The notes below the pieces were generated by a model that was given only the letters and a program-made list of their open reading frames with translations, was not told where the DNA came from and did not search any database. Both the position numbers and the translations under genes were made by a program. Below, in pieces: positions 22,018 through 30,494 of a DNA stretch of 64,000 nt; within the stretch, counting starts at the first letter, position 1, and every line of letters starts with the position of its first letter. The stretch is from an uncultured Solirubrobacterales bacterium (GTDB taxonomy: Bacteria > Actinomycetota > Thermoleophilia > Solirubrobacterales > Solirubrobacteraceae), in the NCBI GenBank assembly GCA_963702725.1, contig CAVPDT010000001.1, positions 41,803 to 105,802 on the forward strand, in the 5' to 3' direction.

Positions 22018-23642
22018 TGGGCAAGCTCGGCGGCTTCCTGCAGATCGAGCGCCACGGGATCCCCTACCGGGACCCCGACGAGCGCGCGCGCGACTATCGC
22101 GAGTTCCTGCTCACACGCCCGGTGCAGGAGCTGCGCGAGCAGGGCGCGCGCTGCATGGACTGCGGCGTGCCCTTCTGCCACAACGGCTGCCCGCTCGGCA
22201 ACCTGATCCCCGACTGGAACGACCTCGTCTATCGCGATCGCTGGCAAGACGCGATCGTCCAGCTGCACGCCACCAACAACTTCCCCGAGCTCACCGGCCG
22301 TCTTTGCCCCGCCCCGTGTGAGGCCGCCTGCGTGCTCGAGATCCGCGAGAACGACGCGGTCACGATCAAACAGATCGAGCTCGCGATCGTCGACCGCGCC
22401 TGGGACGAGGGCTGGATCGTCCCGCGCCCGCCCCGGCATGAGACCGGGCAGTCGGTCGCCGTGGTCGGCTCGGGACCCGCCGGCATGGCCGCCGCCCAGC
22501 AGTTGCGCCGCTCGGGCCACCGCGTGACGCTGTTCGAGCGCGACGAGGCCGCCGGCGGCCTCGCGCGGTTCGGGGTTCCCGACTTCAAGATCGAGAAGCG
22601 CATCGTGCAGCGGCGTGTCGAGCAGCTCGTCGCCGAGGGTGTGGAGCTGCGCTGCGGCGTGGACGTCGGCGGAACCGATTTTGGCGGCCCGAGCGCGGAC
22701 GGCGCGGGCCCCGGGCGCGAGGTCCTGGCCGTGCAGGAGCTGCGCGGATCGTTCGACGCGGTCGTCCTGGCCACCGGCTCGCGCGTGCCGCGCGACCTTC
22801 CGGTGCCCGGCCGTGAGCTGGACGGGGTGCACTTCGCGATGGACTACCTCTACGGACGCAACCGCTGGGCCGCGCGCGAGTTCGGCCCCGTTCCGGACGC
22901 TGGGCAGCCGGCGCAGGACACGCCGATCAGCGCGGCGGGCAAGGACGTGGTCGTGATCGGCGGCGGCGACACCGGAGCGGACTGCGTCGGCAACGCGCTG
23001 CGCGAGGGCGCGCGCTCGATCGTCCAACTGGAGCTGCTGCCCGAGCCCCCGACCAAGCGTCCGGACGACCGCACGCCGTGGCCGCAGTGGCCGCTCAAGT
23101 ACCGCATGAGCTACGCGATGGAGGAGGCGCTGAAGGAGGGCGTGGGCGAGCAGGACTATTCGATCGCCACTACCCACCTCTCCGGCGACGCCGATGGCCG
23201 GGTCGCGGCGCTGCACATCGCCCAGGCCGAGCCCGCGCCCCCGTTCGGGCCGGTGCCCGGCACCGAGCGCGAGCTGCCCGCTCAGCTGGTGCTGCTGGCG
23301 ATGGGTTTCCTGCACCCCGAGCCCGCGCTGCTCGATCAGCTCGGCGTGGAGAAGGACCCGCGCGGGAACGTCAAGGCCGTCAAGCCCTACATCACCTCCG
23401 TCGAGGGCGTCTTCGCCGCCGGCGACGCCCGCCGCGGGCAGTCGCTGATCGTGTGGGCCATCAACGAGGGCCGTCAATGCGCCCGCATGGTAGATCGCTA
23501 TTTGGCGGGCAAGCGCAACGGCGTGCCCGCCGACGGCGCGCCCGCCCTGCCCGAAGACCAGGCGCGGGCCGGTCACGCCGACGCCGACGAGGGCCCCGAG
23601 GGCCCCCCCACGCACGTCACGCCCGGTGTCCCCGCCGAGTAG
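22017..23642 (+). CDS. gltD: glutamate synthase small subunit
   Basis: RCMDCGVPFCHNGCPLGNLIP, GRLCPAPCEAAC, VGSGPAG, IGGGDTGADC, FAAGDARRGQSL; TGATG coupling with gltB. Confidence 0.97.
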
Positions 23643-23662
23643 GACGAGCCCGCTCCTCAGTG

Positions 23663-23685
23663 TGGTAGGAATCTGGCGCTACCAT
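23663..23685 (+). promoter_or_regulatory. inverted repeat TGGTAG-N10-CTACCA overlapping a TACCAT -10
   Basis: Seen directly; the -10 lies 7 nt before ATG 23693. Confidence 0.5.
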
Positions 23686-23692
23686 TTTGCGG

Positions 23693-23782
23693 ATGCCTGT
23701 TCACAAGGTCTCCATTTCCCTGGATGAGCCCGTGCTTCTGGCTGCTCGTGAGGTCGCCAAGCGCCGTCTCGGATCGCGGTAG
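23693..23782 (+). pseudogene. truncated ribbon-helix-helix (CopG-like) antitoxin, 29 aa
   Basis: MPVHKVSISLDEPVLLAAREVAKRRLGSR*: RHH strand (KVSISLD) plus helix A, stopping where the repeat array begins. Confidence 0.6.
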
Positions 23783-23849
23783 GTCATTGACTCGGATTGC
23801 GGAAGGAAAAGGTCTCGAATTGCGGAGAGTTTTGCCCTCGGATTGCGGA
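23768..23849 (+). repeat. four direct repeats CTCGGATTGCGGA at an exact 23-bp period
   Basis: Copies start at 23768 (2 mismatches), 23791, 23814 (1 mismatch), 23837; 10-bp unique spacers. Confidence 0.9.
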
Positions 23850-23869
23850 GAATGCCATATAGTGGGGGG

Positions 23870-25144
23870 ATGTCAGCGGTTCTGAGCGAGATCGTCGAGC
23901 GCCGGCTCGGCGAGGTGGTGGACCGGCGGATGCACGACGAGCCCGTGATCGTGCTGCAGGGTCCGCGGGCGGTGGGGAAGTCCACGCTGCTGCGGGAGCT
24001 GGCGCGCGTACGAGAACGGGAGGTCATCGACCTCGACGATCTGGGCGCCCGCGAGGCGGTGCGTGCCGACCCGGCGCTGTTTGTGCGTGGTGCGGCCCCC
24101 GTGTTGATCGACGAGTTCCAGCACGTGCCCGAGCTGCTCGACGCGATCAAGGCCGAGCTCAACCGCGACGGCGCCCCGGGACGGTTCGTGCTCACCGGCT
24201 CGACGCGGTATACGACGCTGCCGGCGGCTGCGCAGGCGCTTACTGGTCGCGCCCATCGTGTCGATGTCCTACCTCTTTCCCAGGGAGAGATCGCGGGAGT
24301 GCGTGAGGACTTTGCCGAGATGCTCCTGAGCGAACCATCCTCGCTGGTGGAGTCGAGCCCGCCCGAGACTGCGCGCGAGGAGTACCTGAGCCGGGTCGTC
24401 GCGGGTGGCTTCCCGATGGCGTTGTCCCGTGCGCGGCCGGCCGATCGCGCGCGCTGGTTCGACGACTACCTGGAGCTGGTCCTCGAGCGCGACGTTCTGG
24501 AGCTCTCGCGCGTGCACCAGCGCCGGCAGCTGCCGCTCCTGTTGCGCCGCCTGGCCGGGCAGACCGCACAGGTGCTCAACATCGCAGACGCGGCGAGGGC
24601 GATCGGCATGGAGAAGTCCACCGCCGAGAGCTATACGAAGCTGCTGGAGACCGTTTTCCTCGTCTATCGACTGCCGGCATGGGGCACGACGCTTGGCCCG
24701 CGCGTCGGCGCGGCGCCCAAGGTTCATGTCGTGGACAGCGGGCTTGCTGCGCGCCTGTTGCGTTTGACCGAGCCCAAGCTCGGGGCGGCCACCGCGCCCG
24801 CGCTCACCGAGTTCGGGCATCTGCTGGAGACGTTCGTCGTGGGGGAGGTATGCAAGCAGCTCGACTGGCTCGACGCCCCCGTCGCACGGGGGCACTGGCG
24901 CACCCACGACGGGGATGAGGTCGACCTGGTCATCGAGCGCGAAGACGGCGCGCTCGTCGCGGTGGAGGTCAAGGCCGCTTCGCGCGTTACTGCCCGCGAG
25001 CTGCGCTCTCTGTTGAAGTTGCGAGCCAAGCTGGGAAGTCAGTTCGTGGGGGGCGTGGTGCTCTACACCGGCGCGCGCGCATATACACACGAAGGGATTC
25101 AGATCCTGCCGATCAGCCGGCTCTGGCGAGTCGGGCGCCGCTGA
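23870..25144 (+). CDS. AAA_14 ATPase + DUF4143 (restriction-endonuclease-like) protein
   Basis: QGPRAVGKST, LIDEFQ, FVLTGS, C-terminal HWRTHDGDEVDLVIE...AVEVKA; TATAGT -10 6 nt before ATG. Confidence 0.9.
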   Translation: MSAVLSEIVERRLGEVVDRRMHDEPVIVLQGPRAVGKSTLLRELARVREREVIDLDDLGAREAVRADPALFVRGAAPVLIDEFQHVPELLDAIKAELNRDGAPGRFVLTGSTRYTTLPAAAQALTGRAHRVDVLPLSQGEIAGVREDFAEMLLSEPSSLVESSPPETAREEYLSRVVAGGFPMALSRARPADRARWFDDYLELVLERDVLELSRVHQRRQLPLLLRRLAGQTAQVLNIADAARAIGMEKSTAESYTKLLETVFLVYRLPAWGTTLGPRVGAAPKVHVVDSGLAARLLRLTEPKLGAATAPALTEFGHLLETFVVGEVCKQLDWLDAPVARGHWRTHDGDEVDLVIEREDGALVAVEVKAASRVTARELRSLLKLRAKLGSQFVGGVVLYTGARAYTHEGIQILPISRLWRVGRR

Positions 25145-25445
25145 GCTGCTCGCCGGCTCGCCCGGTTTCGCTCCGCAGAGCGGTGCGCGCAGCGTTCTGT
25201 AGTGGCACGCGCCGAGGGCCTTGCGAGCCGCCCCGGCGCATCCTGAGGAGTGAGCGCCGGCGCCGCCGCGCTGTCCACGTCCGGCCCCGAGGCGCCGACG
25301 ACCCGCATCCGCTCAGCAGGACCCATTTTGCGAGCGCTCTCTTTGGCGCACGCGCACGACCGCGGACACTCCGCGTCAGACTCGCCTCCTCGCCGGGTCT
25401 CGACACCCCCGGCACCGGCCGTGTGTTTCTTCTACGCTTGCTTCC

Positions 25446-26783
25446 ATGCCCTCCGCCAACGGATCGCTTCCCCGAGCGTGCGTGATCGGCGCGGGCTCAT
25501 CCGGCATCGCCGTCGTCAAGGCGCTGCACGAGCGCGGCATTCCCTTCGACTGCTTCGAGAAGTCAGATCAACTCGGCGGCAACTGGGTCTTCGGCAACCG
25601 CAACGGCATGTCCGCCGCCTACCGCGACCTCTTCATCAACGTCTCGCGCGAGCGCATGGCCTACTCGGACTTCCCCATGCCCACCTCCTATCCCGACTTC
25701 CCCCACCACACCCACATCCGCGAGTACTTCAACGACTACGTCGACCACTTCGGCCTGCGCCCGCACATAACATTCGAAACCGGCGTCCAGCACGCCGTTC
25801 CCCGCGAGGACGGAACTTGGGAGATCACCCTCGAGGGCGGCGAGACGCGCACCTACGACGCCCTGCTCGTCGCCAACGGCCACCACTGGGACCCGCGCTG
25901 GCCCGAACCGGCCTTCCCCGGCGCCGACGCCTTCGCAGGCGAGCAACTGCACGCCCACTCCTACGTCGACAACTCCCTCTTCGTCGACCGCAACGTCGTC
26001 GTCCTCGGCATGGGCAACTCCGCCATGGACATCGCCGTCGAGTCCTCCTACGTCGCCGCCAACACCTATTTGTCCGCCCGCCACGGCGCCTGGATCATCC
26101 CCAAGTACGTCTTCGGCAAACCCGTCGACCAGCTCCCCCAAGACCCCCGCGTCCCCTTCGCCATCCGCCAGCGCATGATCCACCAGATCGTCAAGAGCTA
26201 CACCGGCGACCCCGAGCGCTACGGCCTGCCCAAACCCGACCACAAGTTCGGCGAATCGCACCCCACCGTCTCCGGACGCATCCTCGACCGCATCGCCCAC
26301 GGCACGATCGCGCCCGTCCCCAACATCGCCGCACTGGAAGGCTCCCACGTGCGCTTCACCGACGGGCGCGCCGTCGACGCCGACGTCGTCGTCTACTGCA
26401 CCGGCTACCGCATCACCTTCCCGTTCCTCGACCCAGACCTCGTCTCCGCCCCCGACAATCACATCGAGCTCTACCGGCGTGTCTTCCATCCCGACATCCC
26501 GGGCCTCTACTTCATCGGCCTGCTCCAACCCCTCGGCGCGATCATGCCTCTGGCCGAGGCCCAGGGCCAATGGGTCGGTGACCATCTGCTCGGCGACTAC
26601 GTGCTCCCGTCTCCCTCCGAGGTGCGCGCCGATATCGCCGCCGACCAGGCCGCGATGGCCAAGCGCTACGTCGCCTCCAAGCGCCACACCATCCAGGTCG
26701 ACTTCGACGACTACCTGCGCGACATCGCCATCGAGCGCCGCGCCGGAGCCCAGCGCGCTCGGGCGCGGCTGCTGGCGGCGTAA
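25446..26783 (+). CDS. flavin-containing monooxygenase
   Basis: IGAGSSG, FAGEQLHAHSY (FxGxxxHxxxY), VLGMGNSA, VYCTGY. Confidence 0.92.
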   Translation: MPSANGSLPRACVIGAGSSGIAVVKALHERGIPFDCFEKSDQLGGNWVFGNRNGMSAAYRDLFINVSRERMAYSDFPMPTSYPDFPHHTHIREYFNDYVDHFGLRPHITFETGVQHAVPREDGTWEITLEGGETRTYDALLVANGHHWDPRWPEPAFPGADAFAGEQLHAHSYVDNSLFVDRNVVVLGMGNSAMDIAVESSYVAANTYLSARHGAWIIPKYVFGKPVDQLPQDPRVPFAIRQRMIHQIVKSYTGDPERYGLPKPDHKFGESHPTVSGRILDRIAHGTIAPVPNIAALEGSHVRFTDGRAVDADVVVYCTGYRITFPFLDPDLVSAPDNHIELYRRVFHPDIPGLYFIGLLQPLGAIMPLAEAQGQWVGDHLLGDYVLPSPSEVRADIAADQAAMAKRYVASKRHTIQVDFDDYLRDIAIERRAGAQRARARLLAA

Positions 26784-26934
26784 GCGGTCGGGATCGCGCG
26801 GCTCCTTGGGGCTTCAGGTCGATTCATGCCGTCATTATTGACGGCTATCTTTCGAAACAAGCTGCATCTATTGCAAGATAGCTTCCAATATCGCCAGCAG
26901 TAATCGGGGATGACTGCTACTCTCCAGACTACCG

Positions 26935-28389
26935 ATGGCACTCTCGGATGAGCAGATCTTCGCTCAGAATCCATGGTGGACGAGCGTTGCCTGGCGAGCG
27001 TCAGATCCACACCTGGCGCTGCTCGAGGCACATCCGATGCGCCTCGCCGCGGACTTCGCCTCCGGACTGGACCTGAACGCTCCCGGTGTTCACATCCTGC
27101 GCGGACCGCGCCAGGTCGGCAAGAGCACCGATCTGAAGCTGCTCGTCGAGCGCGCGCTCGCCGCCGGCCTGCAGCCGAGGGCCGTCGTATACCTCGCACT
27201 CGACCTGCTCGAGGGCCGGCATCTCTCGGAGCTGGCCACGACCGTACGGCGCGCGCTTGATCTCGCCGGGGGTGACCGCGCCGAGGCTCCAGGCCTCCTG
27301 CTGCTCGACGAGGTGACCGCCGTAAATGGTTGGCAGACCGCCGTCAAGTCGCTGTGGGACGACGGCACGATACGCGGGGAGGTCGTCGTCTGCACGGGAT
27401 CTTCGGCGATCGATCTCCAGCACGGGGCCGTCGAGCGGTTGCCGGGGCGGCGGCAGGCGGGCGTCGATCACCTCGCTCTGCCGCAGGGTTTTGCCGGCTT
27501 CGCTCGCGCCGTCACCGGCGACATCCCGCCGTCCCCACGACTGACCGTCGCCGACCTGTGTGGACCGGATGGCCAGGCGCTCATCCGCGACATGCGCGCG
27601 TATGCGCCGGCGCTCGAAGCGGCGCTCGAGCGATACCTGCGCTTCGGCGGGCTGCCCGCCGCCGTCGCCGAGGCGGCATCCGGAGCCCGCGAGCCCTCGC
27701 GGGAGGTCAAGCGGATCCTGTACGACTCGCTCGTAAGAGAGCCGCAGCGCAGAGGCGCGAGTATCCCCGCCGGCCACGCGCTCCTGGAGCGAGTGGTGCG
27801 CTCCCTCGGGTCGAAGATCAGCTGGAGCAGCATGGCTCGAGAGATGGACGTTCCGCTCGGACGTGGCACGGGACGGCCGAGTCACCAGACCCTGCGTGAC
27901 TACATCGAGCTGCTGGCCGGCGGTTACTTCCTGTTCGTGACCTACTTCTGGCGAGCCGGCTCGCACGCCAACGAGCAGTCCCGGGACAAGAAGGTCTTCC
28001 TCGCCGACCCGCTGCTGCACACGGTCGCCCTCGACGGGGCGCCCGGACTTCCGTTCGACATGCCCGCGCTCGTCGAGAGCACAGTCGGGATGGCTCTGCT
28101 GCGACGCTACGAGCCGGCCGATCGCCTGCTCGAGACGTTCATCCTGCCCGAGCGCCTGCACATCTGGCAGACAGCACGCGGTGGAGAGATCGACTTCGTC
28201 TGCGGTCCGCGCCGCGAACTCGACGTCGTGGAGGTCAAGTACCGCGAGAACCCGAGCCTCGCGGCGGCCGCGGCCGCCGCGAGAGCACATCCGGGACGCC
28301 CGATCGCGATGATCACCAAAAGCACGTTTCAAGTCGCCGAGCGATACGTCCTCCTGCCTGCGCACACGCTCCTCTGGGCACTCGGCTAA
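26935..28389 (+). CDS. second AAA_14 ATPase + DUF4143-like nuclease protein
   Basis: QNPWW N-terminus, RGPRQVGKST, LLDEVT, VCTGSS, KKVFLADP, GEIDFV...VVEVKY. Confidence 0.88.
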   Translation: MALSDEQIFAQNPWWTSVAWRASDPHLALLEAHPMRLAADFASGLDLNAPGVHILRGPRQVGKSTDLKLLVERALAAGLQPRAVVYLALDLLEGRHLSELATTVRRALDLAGGDRAEAPGLLLLDEVTAVNGWQTAVKSLWDDGTIRGEVVVCTGSSAIDLQHGAVERLPGRRQAGVDHLALPQGFAGFARAVTGDIPPSPRLTVADLCGPDGQALIRDMRAYAPALEAALERYLRFGGLPAAVAEAASGAREPSREVKRILYDSLVREPQRRGASIPAGHALLERVVRSLGSKISWSSMAREMDVPLGRGTGRPSHQTLRDYIELLAGGYFLFVTYFWRAGSHANEQSRDKKVFLADPLLHTVALDGAPGLPFDMPALVESTVGMALLRRYEPADRLLETFILPERLHIWQTARGGEIDFVCGPRRELDVVEVKYRENPSLAAAAAAARAHPGRPIAMITKSTFQVAERYVLLPAHTLLWALG

Positions 28390-28408
28390 GGGCTATGGAA
28401 AGCGCGAA

Positions 28409-28470
28409 TCTCCAGAGACATCGCGCCGGTGCCCGCGTCTCCAGAGACATCGCGCCGGTGCCCGCGTCTC
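28409..28470. repeat. 29-bp perfect tandem duplication
   Basis: TCCAGAGACATCGCGCCGGTGCCCGCGTC at 28411-28439 and 28440-28468. Confidence 0.95.
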
Positions 28471-28506
28471 GCCCGGCGGCCTTCTTCTACGCTGTTTCCC
28501 ACAGCC

Positions 28507-29568
28507 ATGCCCACCTTCTGCCGGCACAACCGCTTCATCGATCGCTGCCCCATCTGCAGCAAGACCCTGCCCGGCGCCGAGCCGGTGACCGGCGTCGGCA
28601 AGCGACGGTCCTCGCGCGGCGCAACCAGCGCGTCCTCGCCCTTGCGCGGCGCCTCGGCCGCCGCGCGCCAGCGTCGCCTGCGCGCCGGTGGACGCGAAGT
28701 GCGCGTCCACCGCGAGACGCGCGCCCAAGAGGACGGCTACGAGCACCCGCTCATCCCCGGTCTGCGCTCCTCGCAGGACGCCGCACGGCTGGCCGAGGAG
28801 ATCGCTTTCGCGTCCGGTCGCCTGCTGCGCATGCACGCCGCGCCGCCCGGCTTCCTCAACGAGATTCGCGCCCTCGCGGGCGACGGTCAGCTGGAGCGCG
28901 CCACCTGGCTGTGCTTCCTCGCCGTCTACCTCTCGCCGCTGCAAGGCGAGGACCCGTTTGCCGGCGTGCGCCTCGTGCTGGAGCGCGAGGGCGACGGCAG
29001 CGGGTCCGAGGACGCCGCGCAGCGCGAAGGCTCCCCGCTCGACGGCGTCCCGCTCGGACCGCGCACCTCCCACGATCCCGCGCGCGGATCGGAGACCGTG
29101 CACGCCTACCGTCAATGGGCGTCGCACGCCGGCTCCCAAGTGGAGGGGCTCCTCGGCGAGGCGTCCTGGACACCCCAGCGGCGCTTCGAGCGGGCGTTCG
29201 AGCGCCTGGCCCTGCCCGGCTTCCCACGCATGGGCCGCTACGAGCTGCTCGTCACCCTCGGACGGCTCGGCCTGTACGAGATGCAGGCCGACTCGCTGCA
29301 CCTCGCCGTCGGACGCGCCGGCCTGCAGGACCCGACGACGATCGCCGCCAAGCGCATACTCGCCGTCGGCGACCCCATCTACCTCGAGCGCCGCGCGTCC
29401 GCGTTCGCGCAGGCGCTCGCCGTGCCGATCGACGTACTCGACCTCGCCTTCGCCAACTGGGGCACAGGCGAGCGCGCGACCCTCGGCTTCAAGCCCGACG
29501 TCACCGACCGCCACGCGCGCCAGCGCGTCCGCGAAGCGTTCGACCTGGGCCCTCCGAGCGCCGACTGA
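28507..29568 (+). CDS. hypothetical protein; N-terminal Cys/His motif, C-terminal similarity to aGPT-pyrophosphorylase clade 3 (HhH-GPD-like fold)
   Basis: CRHNRFIDRCPIC; ATWLCFL...FERAFERL..PGFPRMGRYELLVTLGRLGL...VLDLAFANW. Confidence 0.6.
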   Translation: MPTFCRHNRFIDRCPICSKTLPGAEPVTGVGKRRSSRGATSASSPLRGASAAARQRRLRAGGREVRVHRETRAQEDGYEHPLIPGLRSSQDAARLAEEIAFASGRLLRMHAAPPGFLNEIRALAGDGQLERATWLCFLAVYLSPLQGEDPFAGVRLVLEREGDGSGSEDAAQREGSPLDGVPLGPRTSHDPARGSETVHAYRQWASHAGSQVEGLLGEASWTPQRRFERAFERLALPGFPRMGRYELLVTLGRLGLYEMQADSLHLAVGRAGLQDPTTIAAKRILAVGDPIYLERRASAFAQALAVPIDVLDLAFANWGTGERATLGFKPDVTDRHARQRVREAFDLGPPSAD

Positions 29569-29668
29569 CGCGCATTTTGCAGCGCATTTCCGGTGCTCGC
29601 GGAGTTTGGCGCCACCGCTGGGGAACGGCACAAAAATGCCGTCCACCCCGCCGCCTACAGTCTGCGCA

Positions 29669-30124
29669 ATGGCGCTGTGCTTCATCGAGCCGCAGGACGC
29701 AATCCGCGTGATCGCCGAGTCCGTCGGGCGGGAGGCCCGCCGCCAGCTCGTGGGCGAGGTCGTACGCGCCTGGGTCGACGACATCCCCGACCAGGAGCTC
29801 TCAGTCCACTACGCCCGCGCGATCGCCGATCTCGACCAGGACGACCTGCACCTGCTCGCCGCCTGGCACGCCTCGCTCGAGGTCGGCCAGCCGATCCCCA
29901 ACACCGACTTCCTCGTCGGCGTGTTCGGAAGCCTCGGCGACAACCGCCGCGAGGCCCTGAAGATCGCCGCCGGCTTCCGCGGCGAGGAAGCCTTCCAGGC
30001 CGGCGTCTCCGAGGAGCAGGCCCTGGACACCGTGCTCCCCTGCCTCTCCCGCGAGCGGGCGATCGAGCTCGCGCACGAGTGCATCCAGCTGTACGCCTGG
30101 GATCGGTTGGGTTCGGATAACTGA
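29669..30124 (+). CDS. hypothetical protein (151 aa)
   Basis: TACAGT -10 7 nt before ATG 29669; host-like codon usage; acidic, helical. Confidence 0.7.
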   Translation: MALCFIEPQDAIRVIAESVGREARRQLVGEVVRAWVDDIPDQELSVHYARAIADLDQDDLHLLAAWHASLEVGQPIPNTDFLVGVFGSLGDNRREALKIAAGFRGEEAFQAGVSEEQALDTVLPCLSRERAIELAHECIQLYAWDRLGSDN

Positions 30125-30165
30125 GCCTCCGGGAGGGGCGCCTGCGCGCCAGCTAGACTCGGGCC

Positions 30166-30480
30166 ATGTCCGATCTTGCCGCTGCACCCACGGTCGATGA
30201 CGTGATGGACGCGCTCTCGAACGTGATCGACCCCGAGCTGGGGCTCGACTTCGTCGAGCTGGGGCTCATCTACGGCGTCGAGGTCGACGACGGCCACGTC
30301 AACGTCACCTTCACGCTCACCACTCCCGGCTGTCCGATCGGTCCGCAGGTGACCGAACAGATCGACGAGTTCGTCGGCGAACTCGACGGTGTCAAGACGA
30401 TCGACTCCGAGATGGTCTTCACGCCGCCGTGGTCGCCCGAGAAGATGAGCGAGGACGCGAAGTTCGCCTTGGGGTACTAG
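30166..30480 (+). CDS. sufT: metal-sulfur cluster assembly factor (SufT/DUF59)
   Basis: VIDPELGLDFVELGLIY, TLTTPGCP, FTPPWSPEKMS. Confidence 0.9.
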   Translation: MSDLAAAPTVDDVMDALSNVIDPELGLDFVELGLIYGVEVDDGHVNVTFTLTTPGCPIGPQVTEQIDEFVGELDGVKTIDSEMVFTPPWSPEKMSEDAKFALGY

Positions 30481-30494
30481 AGGGTCGTGAGGAG

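Noticed and set aside
23768-23849. CRISPR or mini-CRISPR interpretation of the repeat array
   Set aside because: 13-bp repeats and 10-bp spacers are far too short, the repeats are not palindromic, and there are no cas genes; kept as an operator/iteron-like array
28688-29668. ORF-track 478-aa call
   Set aside because: Only the last 151 aa look coding; the rest overlaps the aGPT-like gene in another frame
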